Origin: Prasinococcaceae sp. CCMP 1430
Taxonomy: Eukaryota; Plantae; Prasinodermophyta
DNA: 64,000 bases
NCBI GenBank assembly: GCA_013416795.1
Contig: RQSC01000009.1
Location: 28,648 to 92,647 of the forward strand
Direction of reading: 5' to 3'
Shown here one piece after another: positions 12,658 to 22,258 of this stretch. Below the pieces are notes generated by a model. It saw only the letters and a program-made list of their open reading frames with translations. It was not told the DNA's origin and did not search any database. Position 1 is the stretch's first letter. Each line of letters opens with the position of its first letter. The translations under genes were made by a program, and so were the position numbers.

Positions 12658-13156
12658 TACACGTTCCCCCACGAGCATGCACGGGGCGCATCACACGTTC
12701 ACATGCATGCAGCTGACGCTGCTGACTCAGAGTATCCCGTGGTTCGCATATACGTCGAAGCCCATGAGATCATCACGAGAGCGCGGCGCTGCCCTCCTTC
12801 GGAGTTCGGTGGCACGTGTACTGTACTGGACACGCACGCTGCGCGCGCGGCCTGAAGCTTCTGCCTTTGGACAGCGGGGAGGCCAGCCGAGGCGGCCCAC
12901 TGTTTTTCCTGCGCGGATTTTCGGCGGATATTTGCGTGCGGAAATACAAAACAAATTCGGAGCAGGAAAAAAGCGCAGCATCAAACAAACCCTGGATCCG
13001 GAACGGACGGTTTGAACCCTTAAACCCAAACCGAAAGGCCACGTCAGCGCCGGCGCGCGGCGCGGCGCGGCGCGGCGCAGTGCGGCGCGACGGCGCGTGG
13101 GTGGCGCGCGGCGACTCGTGGGCGCGCACGCCGCGCGCGCGCGGGGAGAGGGGGGA

Positions 13157-14764
13157 ATGGAGGGGCGCGACGGTCAGGGGGTGGGGAAGGTGGGCGCTCT
13201 CGGGCGGGAGCTCGCCGCGTGCTCGGCGCGGTATGCGCTGCGGCGCGAGCGCGCGGCGGGGGACGAAGGGGCCGAGGAGGCGAGCGACGATGACGAATGG
13301 GAGGCGCTCTTCGAGGCGCGCGTCGCGTGCACTGGCCCCGAGTTCGCCGCGCTGTGCGAGCGGCTCGGCCTCCCTGCCGACGACACTCGAGTGCCGCTGA
13401 GGCTCACGCTGCTCGCGCCTGACGAGTATCCGGACTGCCCTCCCATCGACGCCGCGCTCGCCGAGTCGCCGCTACGCGAGCGCCTCCCCGCCACCGCCGT
13501 CGAGGCTGCAGAGGCAGCGCTCGCCTCCGAGGCCGAGGCCGCCGCAGGCGGGGCGCGCGCGCTGCGAGGGGTCCTCCGCTGGGCAGAAAACTACCTCGGC
13601 GAGTGCCTGCTGACCGCGCTCGGCCCAGAGGCCCTCACGGGCAGCGCAAGCGACGCCGGCAGCGGGGCGCAGCCTCTCGGGGATGAGATTGGCCGCCGCG
13701 CGCGATCTAGGCCCAGCCCCTCCGCCGAGAGCGCTGTGCTGAGCGGTTCGGACTTCGTGGTGAAGCTCGACAACCTGTCGATGTACAACGTCGACGCGGC
13801 CGAGTGCTCGAGCGCGCGCGTGCAGCTGTCTTGCGGGGGGTGCGCCGCAGGGGGTGCCGAGGCGAGCCTTCTCCTCGGGAGCGGTGGGGGCGCGGCGGTG
13901 TGGCGGGGCGCGTGCGATCGTTGCGGCTCCAAGGTGGACGTCTCCGCGGGCGCGGCCGTCATGCACGAGGCGTCGAATCGACTCGTGCGCTTCGACGTGT
14001 CAAACAAATGGCTCCCGCGCAAGCTCGCGGGAGTGGTGCTCGGCGCGGCGTGCTCTGGCTGCTGCTCGCCGGCGGCGTTCCGCTTCGATCCGAGCGCAGG
14101 AAACACCGCAGTTGTACGATGCAAACGCTGTCACACGGAGCTTTGCATAAAGTACAGCCGCGCGCTCATCGAGGAGTACGCCTGCAGCAGCGGCAGCGCG
14201 GTGGGGACGGCCGGCAGCGTGGGCGCGGATCGAGGTGGCAGAGGCGGGACGCAGCACGGTGACGGCAGCGGCGGTGACGGTGCCAGGGGTTCTTTCAAGT
14301 TGACAAAGGGCGCGCCCCTGCCGGCTGCGGGAGTGTGCTCGCACTACCGCCACTCCCATCGCTGGTTCAGATTCCCGTGTTGTGGTGGGCTATACCCGTG
14401 CGATGTGTGCCACGAGCTCACTGCATCTGCGTCGGAGAAGTGCCTCATGTCTCCCCGGGCGTCCCGCCAAGTGTGCGGCTTCTGCTCGCACGAGCAACAG
14501 GTGTCGCCGTCGTGCAGAAATTGCGGCGAAGTGCTCACAGGTGGGGGCATTGGCGGCAAGGCGCATACGCGCTTTTGGGAGGGCGGGCAGGGCGAGCGCA
14601 ACCAGGCGCTCATGTCTCGCAAGGACCAGCGCAAGTACAAGGGACAGGCCAAGCACAGCAGCAAGGGCAAGACGCAGTCGGCAAAAGCCTCGCGCGTTGG
14701 CGCCACGAGGAGCTCGCGCGCCAAGGGTGCGAACGCCACTGCCAGGGAGGGCACGAACGACTAA
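13157..14764 (+). CDS. RWD/UBC-like N-terminal region plus C-terminal CHY zinc finger protein
   Basis: LTLLAPDEYPDCPP (RWD-type YPxxxP), several CxxC pairs, CHY motif CSHYRHSHRWFRFPCCGGLYPCDVCHE...CGFCSHEQQVSPSCRNCG, basic tail. ATG at 13157. Confidence 0.8.
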   Translation: MEGRDGQGVGKVGALGRELAACSARYALRRERAAGDEGAEEASDDDEWEALFEARVACTGPEFAALCERLGLPADDTRVPLRLTLLAPDEYPDCPPIDAALAESPLRERLPATAVEAAEAALASEAEAAAGGARALRGVLRWAENYLGECLLTALGPEALTGSASDAGSGAQPLGDEIGRRARSRPSPSAESAVLSGSDFVVKLDNLSMYNVDAAECSSARVQLSCGGCAAGGAEASLLLGSGGGAAVWRGACDRCGSKVDVSAGAAVMHEASNRLVRFDVSNKWLPRKLAGVVLGAACSGCCSPAAFRFDPSAGNTAVVRCKRCHTELCIKYSRALIEEYACSSGSAVGTAGSVGADRGGRGGTQHGDGSGGDGARGSFKLTKGAPLPAAGVCSHYRHSHRWFRFPCCGGLYPCDVCHELTASASEKCLMSPRASRQVCGFCSHEQQVSPSCRNCGEVLTGGGIGGKAHTRFWEGGQGERNQALMSRKDQRKYKGQAKHSSKGKTQSAKASRVGATRSSRAKGANATAREGTND

Positions 14765-14842
14765 GAGGCGCCTCATCCCTAGCTGCCGCCGCGTGCACCT
14801 GCTATGTAATAATTAATGGCCGCTCAATATGCGGGCGGCTGC

Positions 14843-15580
14843 TCAGCCTGCTCGTCGCCTGCCTCGCGACGCTGCGGCGGCACCCGCGCCGCTGCCTGCT
14901 TCGCGCACCTTTTCCCTCGCGGCGGCTGCCGCCGCCTCCTTGCCTGGCATGCCATCAAGCACGCGCGCGAGGAGCGTCATCACCGCCGCTTGCACGCCAT
15001 CGCCAGTCAGTGCCGAGCAATCGACAAAGTCGAGGCCGTGCCTGTCTGCCCACGCCTGCGCCTCGGCGCGGTCGACCGCGCCCCCGCCCTTGTCCGCCTT
15101 CGTGCTCACCAGCACGCCTTGCAGGCGTTCTGCGCCGTGCCGTTTGGCCTCGGCCCACCACTCATCGAGCTTGTCGAAGGTGGCGCGTTTGGCCGGGTCA
15201 TACACGACGAGCGCAGCCTGGCTGTCGGCGTAGAACTCGCGGCGCACGAGATACCACTCCTTGGCGCCCGCCATGTCCCATATGTTCAAGCGCACGTCGA
15301 AGCCGCCGAGTGCGACGGGCTTGACGCCGAAGTCGATGCCTATTGTCGACACGTGCTTCGTGGTGAAGCGGTCCTCGCAGAAGCGCTTGATGAGCGAGCT
15401 CTTGCCGCAGCCGACCTCGCCCATGGTGATGAATTTCACACGCACGCGGGTGGCGCGCCGCGACGCCGCCGGAGCGCCGTCCGCGCGCAGGCCCGCGGCG
15501 GATGCATCCGCGCCGGCGCGCGCGCGCGGCCGCCGCCGCAGCCGCCCTGCCCTCAGTCCAACGCACCCCGCCCTACCCAA
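14843..15580 (-). CDS. RJL: RJL-family (DNAJC27/RBJ-like, no J domain) small GTPase; true start unresolved
   Basis: VKFITMGEVGCGKSSLIKRFCEDRF...STIGIDFGV...NIWDMAG...VRREFY closely matches the DNAJC27 GTPase pattern (ISMG...GKSCIIKRYCEKRF...IGIDYGV...DMAG...VRNEFY). The ORF start is TTG; no in-frame upstream ATG was found. Confidence 0.8.
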   Translation of the reverse strand: MGRAGCVGLRAGRLRRRPRARAGADASAAGLRADGAPAASRRATRVRVKFITMGEVGCGKSSLIKRFCEDRFTTKHVSTIGIDFGVKPVALGGFDVRLNIWDMAGAKEWYLVRREFYADSQAALVVYDPAKRATFDKLDEWWAEAKRHGAERLQGVLVSTKADKGGGAVDRAEAQAWADRHGLDFVDCSALTGDGVQAAVMTLLARVLDGMPGKEAAAAAAREKVREAGSGAGAAAASRGRRRAG

Positions 15581-15930
15581 CTCCGCCCTCCTCTACTCCC
15601 CTCGCTGTTATTCGCCCCCCCCCCCCGGTAGGGGGGCGGCGGCGATTGGGGGGGGGGTGAGGGCGGGGAGGATGGGCGCGCTCTGTGCCCCTCCCGACCC
15701 AACGCGCCTCCTCGCTTCTCGCCGCCTGCGCCCGTTGACCCGGCCGGCCTCCGCGGAACCCGCGCCGCATCAAACGACACGTTCGAACTTTCAACTTTTT
15801 CAAAGGCACCCTGCCAGGTCAGAATGAACTCGAAGCTCGTGTTTTTGTTCTTTTTTTTTTTCTGGCTCTGGCGCGCGGCGCCGCACACCGCGCGCGCGCC
15901 GCGCGGCGCGCCGCGGGTGGCTGGCGCGCG

Positions 15931-16449
15931 ATGACGCTCTGGGAGCTGCTCGTGGTGGGCGTGCTGGCCACCAATGCGGCGGCGATTCTGCACGAGGAGA
16001 GGTTCCTCGCCAGGTGTACGTCGGCGGCGCGGGCGCGCCGCGGGCGCGCCAGCGCGCTGCGTGGGGCGCTGGGCGCGCTTCGCGCGTGCGGCCGGGTGAG
16101 CGGGTCGGGCTGGCGACAACAGCAAGAGCGAGTGCTGCTGTTGCGGAGCCGCAGGCCATTGTGTGCACGGCTCGCTGACGTCAAACGCAAACACACCCGC
16201 GCATGCGTGTGCTGCCGCCCCTTGCCTCTCCCTCCACTTCTCGCTTCCACGCACCACCGCATGACCGCGCTGCGTCGGGCGGGCTGGCGCGCAGATGGTT
16301 GGGGCTTCCAACAGCTCGGCCAGTCCGCCGCCGAGGTCGGCCCATTGAAGTACCAGGCCATCAGTGCCATCCACGCCGCCACCTACTTCCAGTTCCCGCT
16401 CATCTTTATCAACAGCCTCGTCATTCTCGTCAAACTCGTCTTCGGCTAG
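15931..16449 (+). CDS. YOS1: Yos1/IER3IP1-like small ER-Golgi membrane protein; exons 15931-16015 and 16295-16449, ~79 aa
   Basis: NAAAILHEERFLAR spliced (GTACGT...GCAG) to YGWG...PLIFINSLVILVKLVFG, the Yos1 pattern. Confidence 0.88.
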   Translation: MTLWELLVVGVLATNAAAILHEERFLARCTSAARARRGRASALRGALGALRACGRVSGSGWRQQQERVLLLRSRRPLCARLADVKRKHTRACVCCRPLPLPPLLASTHHRMTALRRAGWRADGWGFQQLGQSAAEVGPLKYQAISAIHAATYFQFPLIFINSLVILVKLVFG

Positions 16450-16646
16450 GGGAGGGGGCGCGAGATGCGGGACCAGCCGAGCCGCTGCACAGCTGTCGAG
16501 GGCCGCGCAGGGTGACGCAGCCCCGGCGGCGAGCGAGCGCCCTGGCAAAGGGATGGGCAATGAATATTATGTACACACATGTAATAGCGGCGGCGGAGAT
16601 GTCCAGGCGCAGCGCAGCGCCGCCGTGCGCTGCGCGCCACCGTGAC

Positions 16647-18623
16647 TCACTCGTCAGCGCCGTCAAGGCCGTACCCCTCGCAGTTGGCGACTGCCATTGC
16701 GAGGCGGTCCTCGAGTACCTCGCGGCATCGGCGCGCTGCTGAGGCGCCGCTAAGCCCCTCGAGCTTGCATACGCCCGCGTAGTAGTCAGGCAGCTCCAGG
16801 ATGTTCTCGCACGTGTGTGCCTGCGGCAACATGCCCATCTGTTCGCGCAGGTCCGCCGCGCCCAGCGCCACGAAGGGCATCTCGACTTTCAGGAGCTCCG
16901 CGCCCGGGGCAGGAAGGCGGTCGGAGCCCGTCACGAATACCAAGAACTTGCGCTTCATGGGCGCCGACCAGCTCCCGACTGTGCTCCACAGCGCGTCGCC
17001 GAGCGCCTCGGACGCGCCCCCTCCCTGTAGCTGTGTGTCGACCACCAGCCGAAACGCCTTGCGCAGGTCGAGCGCCTCAACGTCCGCCGCACTAGCCCCG
17101 CAAAGCGCCTCAGCCAGCTCCTCGCCACTGAACCGCATATCAATCATCGCCTGTGCGTCAACGGCCGCGGCGAAGCCTGCGCGCAATGCCTCGACCTGCC
17201 ACGCCACCGATCGCACGAGCACCGAGCGAACGCTGCGTGCCACGTACTGCTCATGAGTCAGCTTGCGAGGCAGCTCCTCGAGCTCCAGCATAGCCCTCCA
17301 CTCCTTCGGTGGCAGAGCGGCGGCAGCGCGGATGGAGCGCGCGGCCGCGGGGTCGAATTCCTCGAGGTCTTTGAGCGTCGGCTCGTAGGTCGAATGTTGC
17401 TTGCATCCCGGTAGCAGCTGGGCACACAACGCCCCAGGCAAACGCAAGCTGACCTGCGCGCGGTTGTGGAGCGCCTGCCCCAGCAACCACCCAGCCGCGA
17501 TGTACGCCTCCCGCAGCTCCTTCGTGCGCTGCTGCTGCTCTATGCTGCGGTTGGGCCAATGGTACCCCGCTGAGCGGACGTGCTCGAACAGCGCGGGCAG
17601 ACACGGGCCGCCACTACCTCGCCTGCCACACCCAGCGGGCTGCGCTTTCGCCATGTCGGCGCCTGCGAGCACGAAGAATTCCTTTCGTGGGCCGTGCCCC
17701 TCGCCGCGCTCGACGCCTGCCTTCACATTTCGCGGCGTCGACTTTGGCAGCTGCGAACCAAGTGCAGCCGGAACGCCCACTCCTCCGCCACCGCCTCTCC
17801 TGCCTTCGCCAGCGCCGCCTGTGTTGCTGTCTGCCACAGCGCTCTCGAGCGCGTACGTGGGGAAGAGCTTGACACGCCGGCGCGAAGGCGACAGCGCTGT
17901 CGCCTCAGCCTCGTAGAAGAGAGTGTCGAGGTTGCCCCAGAATGCGCAACTGCGAGACACAGAGCCGACAGAGAGTTTGCGCTCCGCGTAACGCATGCCT
18001 TGAAGCACGTACAGGAGCGTGGCCTTGCCTGCCGCTCCGCCGCAGCTGGCGACGAGTGCAGGTGTTGCGCCCAAGAGTGCAGCGAGGTCGCACCAGGCCT
18101 GCCATGTGCGCTCATACACCTCCGGTGACTCAACCGCGACGTTGCGGCAGGCGAGCGCGGCGAGCGCGTTTAACATGCGCCCGAGCGCCAGGCATGGCTG
18201 TACGCGGACGCCTCCTACAGAGTACAGCGCCCACAACGCGTCGCCCACTGTCCCAGCCGCTGCCGCGACCGCCTCAGCGCTCTCGGGCGGGTTGACCATG
18301 CACCGCTTCACCGACGCAGCCAGAAGCTCGACGCCGGCAGTCTCGATGCGACCGTTCGCGAGAGCCGCATCGACAGCATCGGCTGCGGGCGCCCATAGTG
18401 TATGTAGGCATCCGACCGCAGCAGACGCGAGCACTTCCCGCTCCTTCCGCGCCGCCGCGCCGCCCCGTTGCCCGTCGCTGCTCTTGCTTCTGAGGGCTGC
18501 GCGCTCGCATGTCGCACGCGCGTCGCTGAGCGCCCCAGCGTACTGCGCGGCGCTCGCGGCGGGCGCCGCCTCGGCGGAGAGCGCGCGCAGTGCCTTGAGC
18601 GCCGCGTCTACGCCAGGAGCCAT
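16647..18623 (-). CDS. HECT-domain E3 ubiquitin ligase
   Basis: GPRKEFF, AGWLLGQALHNR, KFLVFVTGSDRLP, catalytic LPQAHTCENILELPDY. Confidence 0.9.
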   Translation of the reverse strand: MAPGVDAALKALRALSAEAAPAASAAQYAGALSDARATCERAALRSKSSDGQRGGAAARKEREVLASAAVGCLHTLWAPAADAVDAALANGRIETAGVELLAASVKRCMVNPPESAEAVAAAAGTVGDALWALYSVGGVRVQPCLALGRMLNALAALACRNVAVESPEVYERTWQAWCDLAALLGATPALVASCGGAAGKATLLYVLQGMRYAERKLSVGSVSRSCAFWGNLDTLFYEAEATALSPSRRRVKLFPTYALESAVADSNTGGAGEGRRGGGGGVGVPAALGSQLPKSTPRNVKAGVERGEGHGPRKEFFVLAGADMAKAQPAGCGRRGSGGPCLPALFEHVRSAGYHWPNRSIEQQQRTKELREAYIAAGWLLGQALHNRAQVSLRLPGALCAQLLPGCKQHSTYEPTLKDLEEFDPAAARSIRAAAALPPKEWRAMLELEELPRKLTHEQYVARSVRSVLVRSVAWQVEALRAGFAAAVDAQAMIDMRFSGEELAEALCGASAADVEALDLRKAFRLVVDTQLQGGGASEALGDALWSTVGSWSAPMKRKFLVFVTGSDRLPAPGAELLKVEMPFVALGAADLREQMGMLPQAHTCENILELPDYYAGVCKLEGLSGASAARRCREVLEDRLAMAVANCEGYGLDGADE

Positions 18624-18865
18624 CGATGGTGCCGCCTGCTGCGGTCGGGGGGGGGGGGGCGCTGGCGTGCCCCCACCGCCCGGCAGTGCCCAGCGCGCGA
18701 CGTGCGCTGTATGCGCTATCAGTGCAAATCGAGGCTCTTGCGTGGCGGACGGACCGGGACTGTCGTTTCGACGCGAGCGCGGGCGCGGACGGCGAGCGGC
18801 GACGCGGGGCGGCGCGGGCGCTGATTATTGTGTTCGCTTACTCCTGCTGCTGCTGCGCGCGCGCC

Positions 18866-19936
18866 TCACTCGCCGAAAACCGCGCGCTTGCCGTACTCGT
18901 CGAGTAAGTCCTCGAGGACCTCGCGTGCTCGGGGGTGCTCCGCGATGCCCTGTACGGCGACGAGCGCGTTCTCGGCGGTCTCGAGGTCGTCCTCGGGCAG
19001 CAGGTCGACGAGGCCCTGGCCCGCAGCCTCGGCTATGGCGACCTTGGCGTCGAGCTCCACCGACAGTCCCATAAGCGCGCCCGCCGCCAGGCGTCGTACG
19101 TCGAGATCAAAGCAGCCGAGCATCTTTGCGAGCGTCGGCAGTGAGCCCGCCTCGAGCACCTGGATCTTGCCGCTCGGGTGATGGCACAGGTGGCGCAAGT
19201 ACTTGGCGGAGAGCGCAGCGACCACAAAGTCGAGCGAATCCGCTTTGAGTGCGGCCCCGGCGCAGCTGAGCACCACCTTGATGGCATGGTGGCGCAGGTT
19301 TGAGGCGATGGCTGAGTCGGTGGTCGACAGGTTGCATAGCGTCGCGATACCCGCAGCGACGGCACCGGGGGTGGAGTCCTCGTCGCTCACCATGGTGACG
19401 AGCGCGCCGATGACGTCGACGCCAGCCTTGTCGCCCGCGAGCACGCCCGCGCCGTCGCGAGCGCTACTCGCCGTTTCCAGCACGACCGCGGCCGCCTCGC
19501 GCGCACGCTCGTCATCGTCCCGCAGCGCCCCACACAGCGTGGACGCGCCTTCCGCTGCGAACAGCGCGGCGCGGCCGGTCACGAGGGTGCACAAGCTCGC
19601 GAGCGCCATACAGCTGAGCTGGCGCACAACCGCGTCCGACTCAGCGTCGGCAACGAGCGTCACGAGTGCGCCCACGGCGCCGGAGCCTACGCCGCTCGCT
19701 TTGGACTCCTGATTGGAGCACTGGCCGAGGAACGTGCGCAGTGCATGAGCGCGCTCGCCCGGCGTGAGGTCCTTCCGCGGCAGCGCGAGCACCGCAGAGA
19801 GCTTGGGCATACAACGCGCGCCGTACGCCACGGCAATCTCATTCGGTATGACCTCCTTCGGGAAGGGCTGTCCGCGGTATGGGTGACGCGCCGCAAGCGA
19901 GTCGGACGCCACGCGGCGGCTTGCGTGATTCTGCAT
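18866..19936 (-). CDS. RSP14: Armadillo-repeat protein, radial spoke protein 14 / RTDR1-like, 356 aa
   Basis: N-terminal IAVAYGARCMPKL resembles RTDR1 ITTAYGHRALPKL; ARM repeats (VRRLAAGALMGLSVELDAK; ENALVAVQGIAEHPRAR). ATG at 19936. Confidence 0.75.
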   Translation of the reverse strand: MQNHASRRVASDSLAARHPYRGQPFPKEVIPNEIAVAYGARCMPKLSAVLALPRKDLTPGERAHALRTFLGQCSNQESKASGVGSGAVGALVTLVADAESDAVVRQLSCMALASLCTLVTGRAALFAAEGASTLCGALRDDDERAREAAAVVLETASSARDGAGVLAGDKAGVDVIGALVTMVSDEDSTPGAVAAGIATLCNLSTTDSAIASNLRHHAIKVVLSCAGAALKADSLDFVVAALSAKYLRHLCHHPSGKIQVLEAGSLPTLAKMLGCFDLDVRRLAAGALMGLSVELDAKVAIAEAAGQGLVDLLPEDDLETAENALVAVQGIAEHPRAREVLEDLLDEYGKRAVFGE

Positions 19937-20141
19937 GGCCGCCGGCTGCCCCTCCCCCTCCCTTTCACCCTCCCCGCGCGCGCCCGGCGCAGGCGGTCCG
20001 TGACGACAGCGGCGCGCAAAAGAAAGGAGCGGCAAGCGCTGGAACAAACGCCAGACCAGCACCACAACGACCACAACAACACCAACAGCACCAACAGCAG
20101 TACGTACTGTGCGTGCAGAGTAACGAGCGAGGGTGGCGGCA

Positions 20142-21710
20142 ATGCGCAGCATCCGTGGGAGGACGGCGGCGCGCGCGGGCGCCGGCGGCTGGGCGCCGAC
20201 GTGCACACCGGTGCCGCAGGCGCGCCCGACCGACGGCGCTCCGCGCGAGGTGCCGCCCGCGTGCCTCGTGAGCGAGGAGGCGCGCCTGGGCTGGATCCGC
20301 GACAACGCCAAGCTGCTGGGCAACACGCGCCCGCATCTGGTGGGCCACACAGTCTGCCAGAACATGGTCATCCACGGGTCGTGCTTCAAGGCCGACCTGT
20401 GCTGGTTCAGGCACGACGCCGCGTCCGTGCAGGCCGCCCGCAAAGTGCGCTCCATCATCGCGACGGCGCCCCCCCAGGGGACGGGACGCGCGCTGCCAGC
20501 CCCGCCGATGCAGCCGCCGCCGCCCGCGAGCTGCGGGGCGCCGACCGTGCGGGCGAGCTGTGCGCCTGCCGCTGTCGTCAACGCCACCAGCAGGGCGACC
20601 AGCCAGTCGGTCGCGCTGCCCGGAGGCGCGCGTCAACACCCCATGCCCTCGGCCGCCGGCCCACACCAGCGCCGACAGCCCCCAGCTGCCGAGGGGGGGA
20701 GGCCCCACCAGGCCGCTCAGGCTTGCAGGGACGGCGCGGCCCCGACGAGCACGGCACGGCAGTCGTCTGCGCCGTCCTCTCGGGCGGCCGCGTGGCCGCA
20801 GCCGCTGCAGCGGCAGACGTCGTCCGGCCCGGGCGCGTCGCCCACGCTCCAGTGGCACGCGCGTGCCAGCGCGGGAGCATCGGACGCCAGCTGCGACCCC
20901 GCCCGCGTCGACCCCTTCTCTTCCTCCTCGCGCGAGGAGCGTCTTGCAGGCGGCAACCGTCGCGAGGCGCGGGGCGCCGACGCCGCCGCGCTGGGCCCGT
21001 GGCCTGCGGCGCCCAGGCGCAGGGCCGCCCTGCTGCCCGCGGCTTTCGCCAACAAGCAGTCTGTGGGGCATGCGCCGTGGCAGCACATGCCAGCCGGTGT
21101 GCTCAGACGCGTCCTCGATGCCAGCAGCCGCCGTCGGAGCTTGACGGCCGCGCCTTTCCCATCCGACGCGGTCGGGACGGTGGTTCGCGCGCCGCTGGTT
21201 CCCGCTCCATCCTCGCTCGAAGAGGAGAGCGCATCGTGCGCCGACGGCCACGACGATTGCGACGAGGACCACCACGCCTGTCAGCAGAGCCTCGAAGAGG
21301 CAAGTGACGGACCCAACAACGAAGGCGCAGCGCACGGCGAGCCGAGTCGGCTCGGCGTCGCGCCGGCCTCGCTCGCGGCCGCCTCCTCGCCCTTCGCTCG
21401 TCTGAGGCGCGCCACGCGTGCCACGGAAGCGCGCACCCCGTCACCTTCTCTCAGCAAGGCGCCCGCAGAGGATCTCGCCGACTGCACGAAGTCGGCACCA
21501 TCGCCTGACTCAGGCGCGCGCGCGAAGGCGAAACTGGCGGGGGAGACGCCGCGCTCCTCGCCAGCGCTGGCGCACGCCGCTGCTGCAGTGGCGGCAAAGG
21601 TTCCCTGCAGCCCAAGCGCTGTTGTCACCCCCCGCAATTGGCGCCAGGGCGTCGAGTACGAGGCTGCCCTGCTCGTGCACAGCGTGTGCGCACCATTCCT
21701 GGGCGCGTGA
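20142..21710 (+). CDS. CCCH zinc-finger protein with a long low-complexity C-terminus
   Basis: CQNMVIHGSCFKADLCWFRH fits C-x8-C-x5-C-x3-H exactly (~20355-20417); the rest is Ala/Ser/Pro-rich. Confidence 0.65.
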   Translation: MRSIRGRTAARAGAGGWAPTCTPVPQARPTDGAPREVPPACLVSEEARLGWIRDNAKLLGNTRPHLVGHTVCQNMVIHGSCFKADLCWFRHDAASVQAARKVRSIIATAPPQGTGRALPAPPMQPPPPASCGAPTVRASCAPAAVVNATSRATSQSVALPGGARQHPMPSAAGPHQRRQPPAAEGGRPHQAAQACRDGAAPTSTARQSSAPSSRAAAWPQPLQRQTSSGPGASPTLQWHARASAGASDASCDPARVDPFSSSSREERLAGGNRREARGADAAALGPWPAAPRRRAALLPAAFANKQSVGHAPWQHMPAGVLRRVLDASSRRRSLTAAPFPSDAVGTVVRAPLVPAPSSLEEESASCADGHDDCDEDHHACQQSLEEASDGPNNEGAAHGEPSRLGVAPASLAAASSPFARLRRATRATEARTPSPSLSKAPAEDLADCTKSAPSPDSGARAKAKLAGETPRSSPALAHAAAAVAAKVPCSPSAVVTPRNWRQGVEYEAALLVHSVCAPFLGA

Positions 21711-22258
21711 TGATGAGCGGGTGCCTGCGCGGCAGGAACAGACGGCCAAGTACCCCGCGAGCGAGTGCGCCCTTCTACTGCACTGCGTCGCGCCCGGGTG
21801 GATGCACCTGCGGTGCCGCTGCTGGCTACTGGCAGTGCTTCTTTCTGCTCCTAATACCACCCCCATGTGGGCACGACCGATCGATTGAAAAAGAACGAAC
21901 GATACAAGCACACTTCGTGCGCCCGCCGCCGGCGGGCGGCGGGCACTACAAACGCCTGAACCAATGAGCATCGTCACGCATTCAGCCTCCTCTCCACCTC
22001 CACCGACGCATCCACCTCCACACACGCCACCACCACCACCAACACACCTGCCGTTCGCTCTCGCTCGGACAAGCTGCATGCGCGTCTCGATCGCGAGCGA
22101 CGAGTGCGGCGAGTGAGACGCCGAACGATGCTACAATACTATCAGCCTGTGCGTTTCTGCCATGTCCTGCAAGCCATCATGCATTTGAGGATAATACACA
22201 CATTTTCCAGACCTGACTTTCATTACCCCGTCGGAGCCGCGAGCTCGCCGGATCGCGC

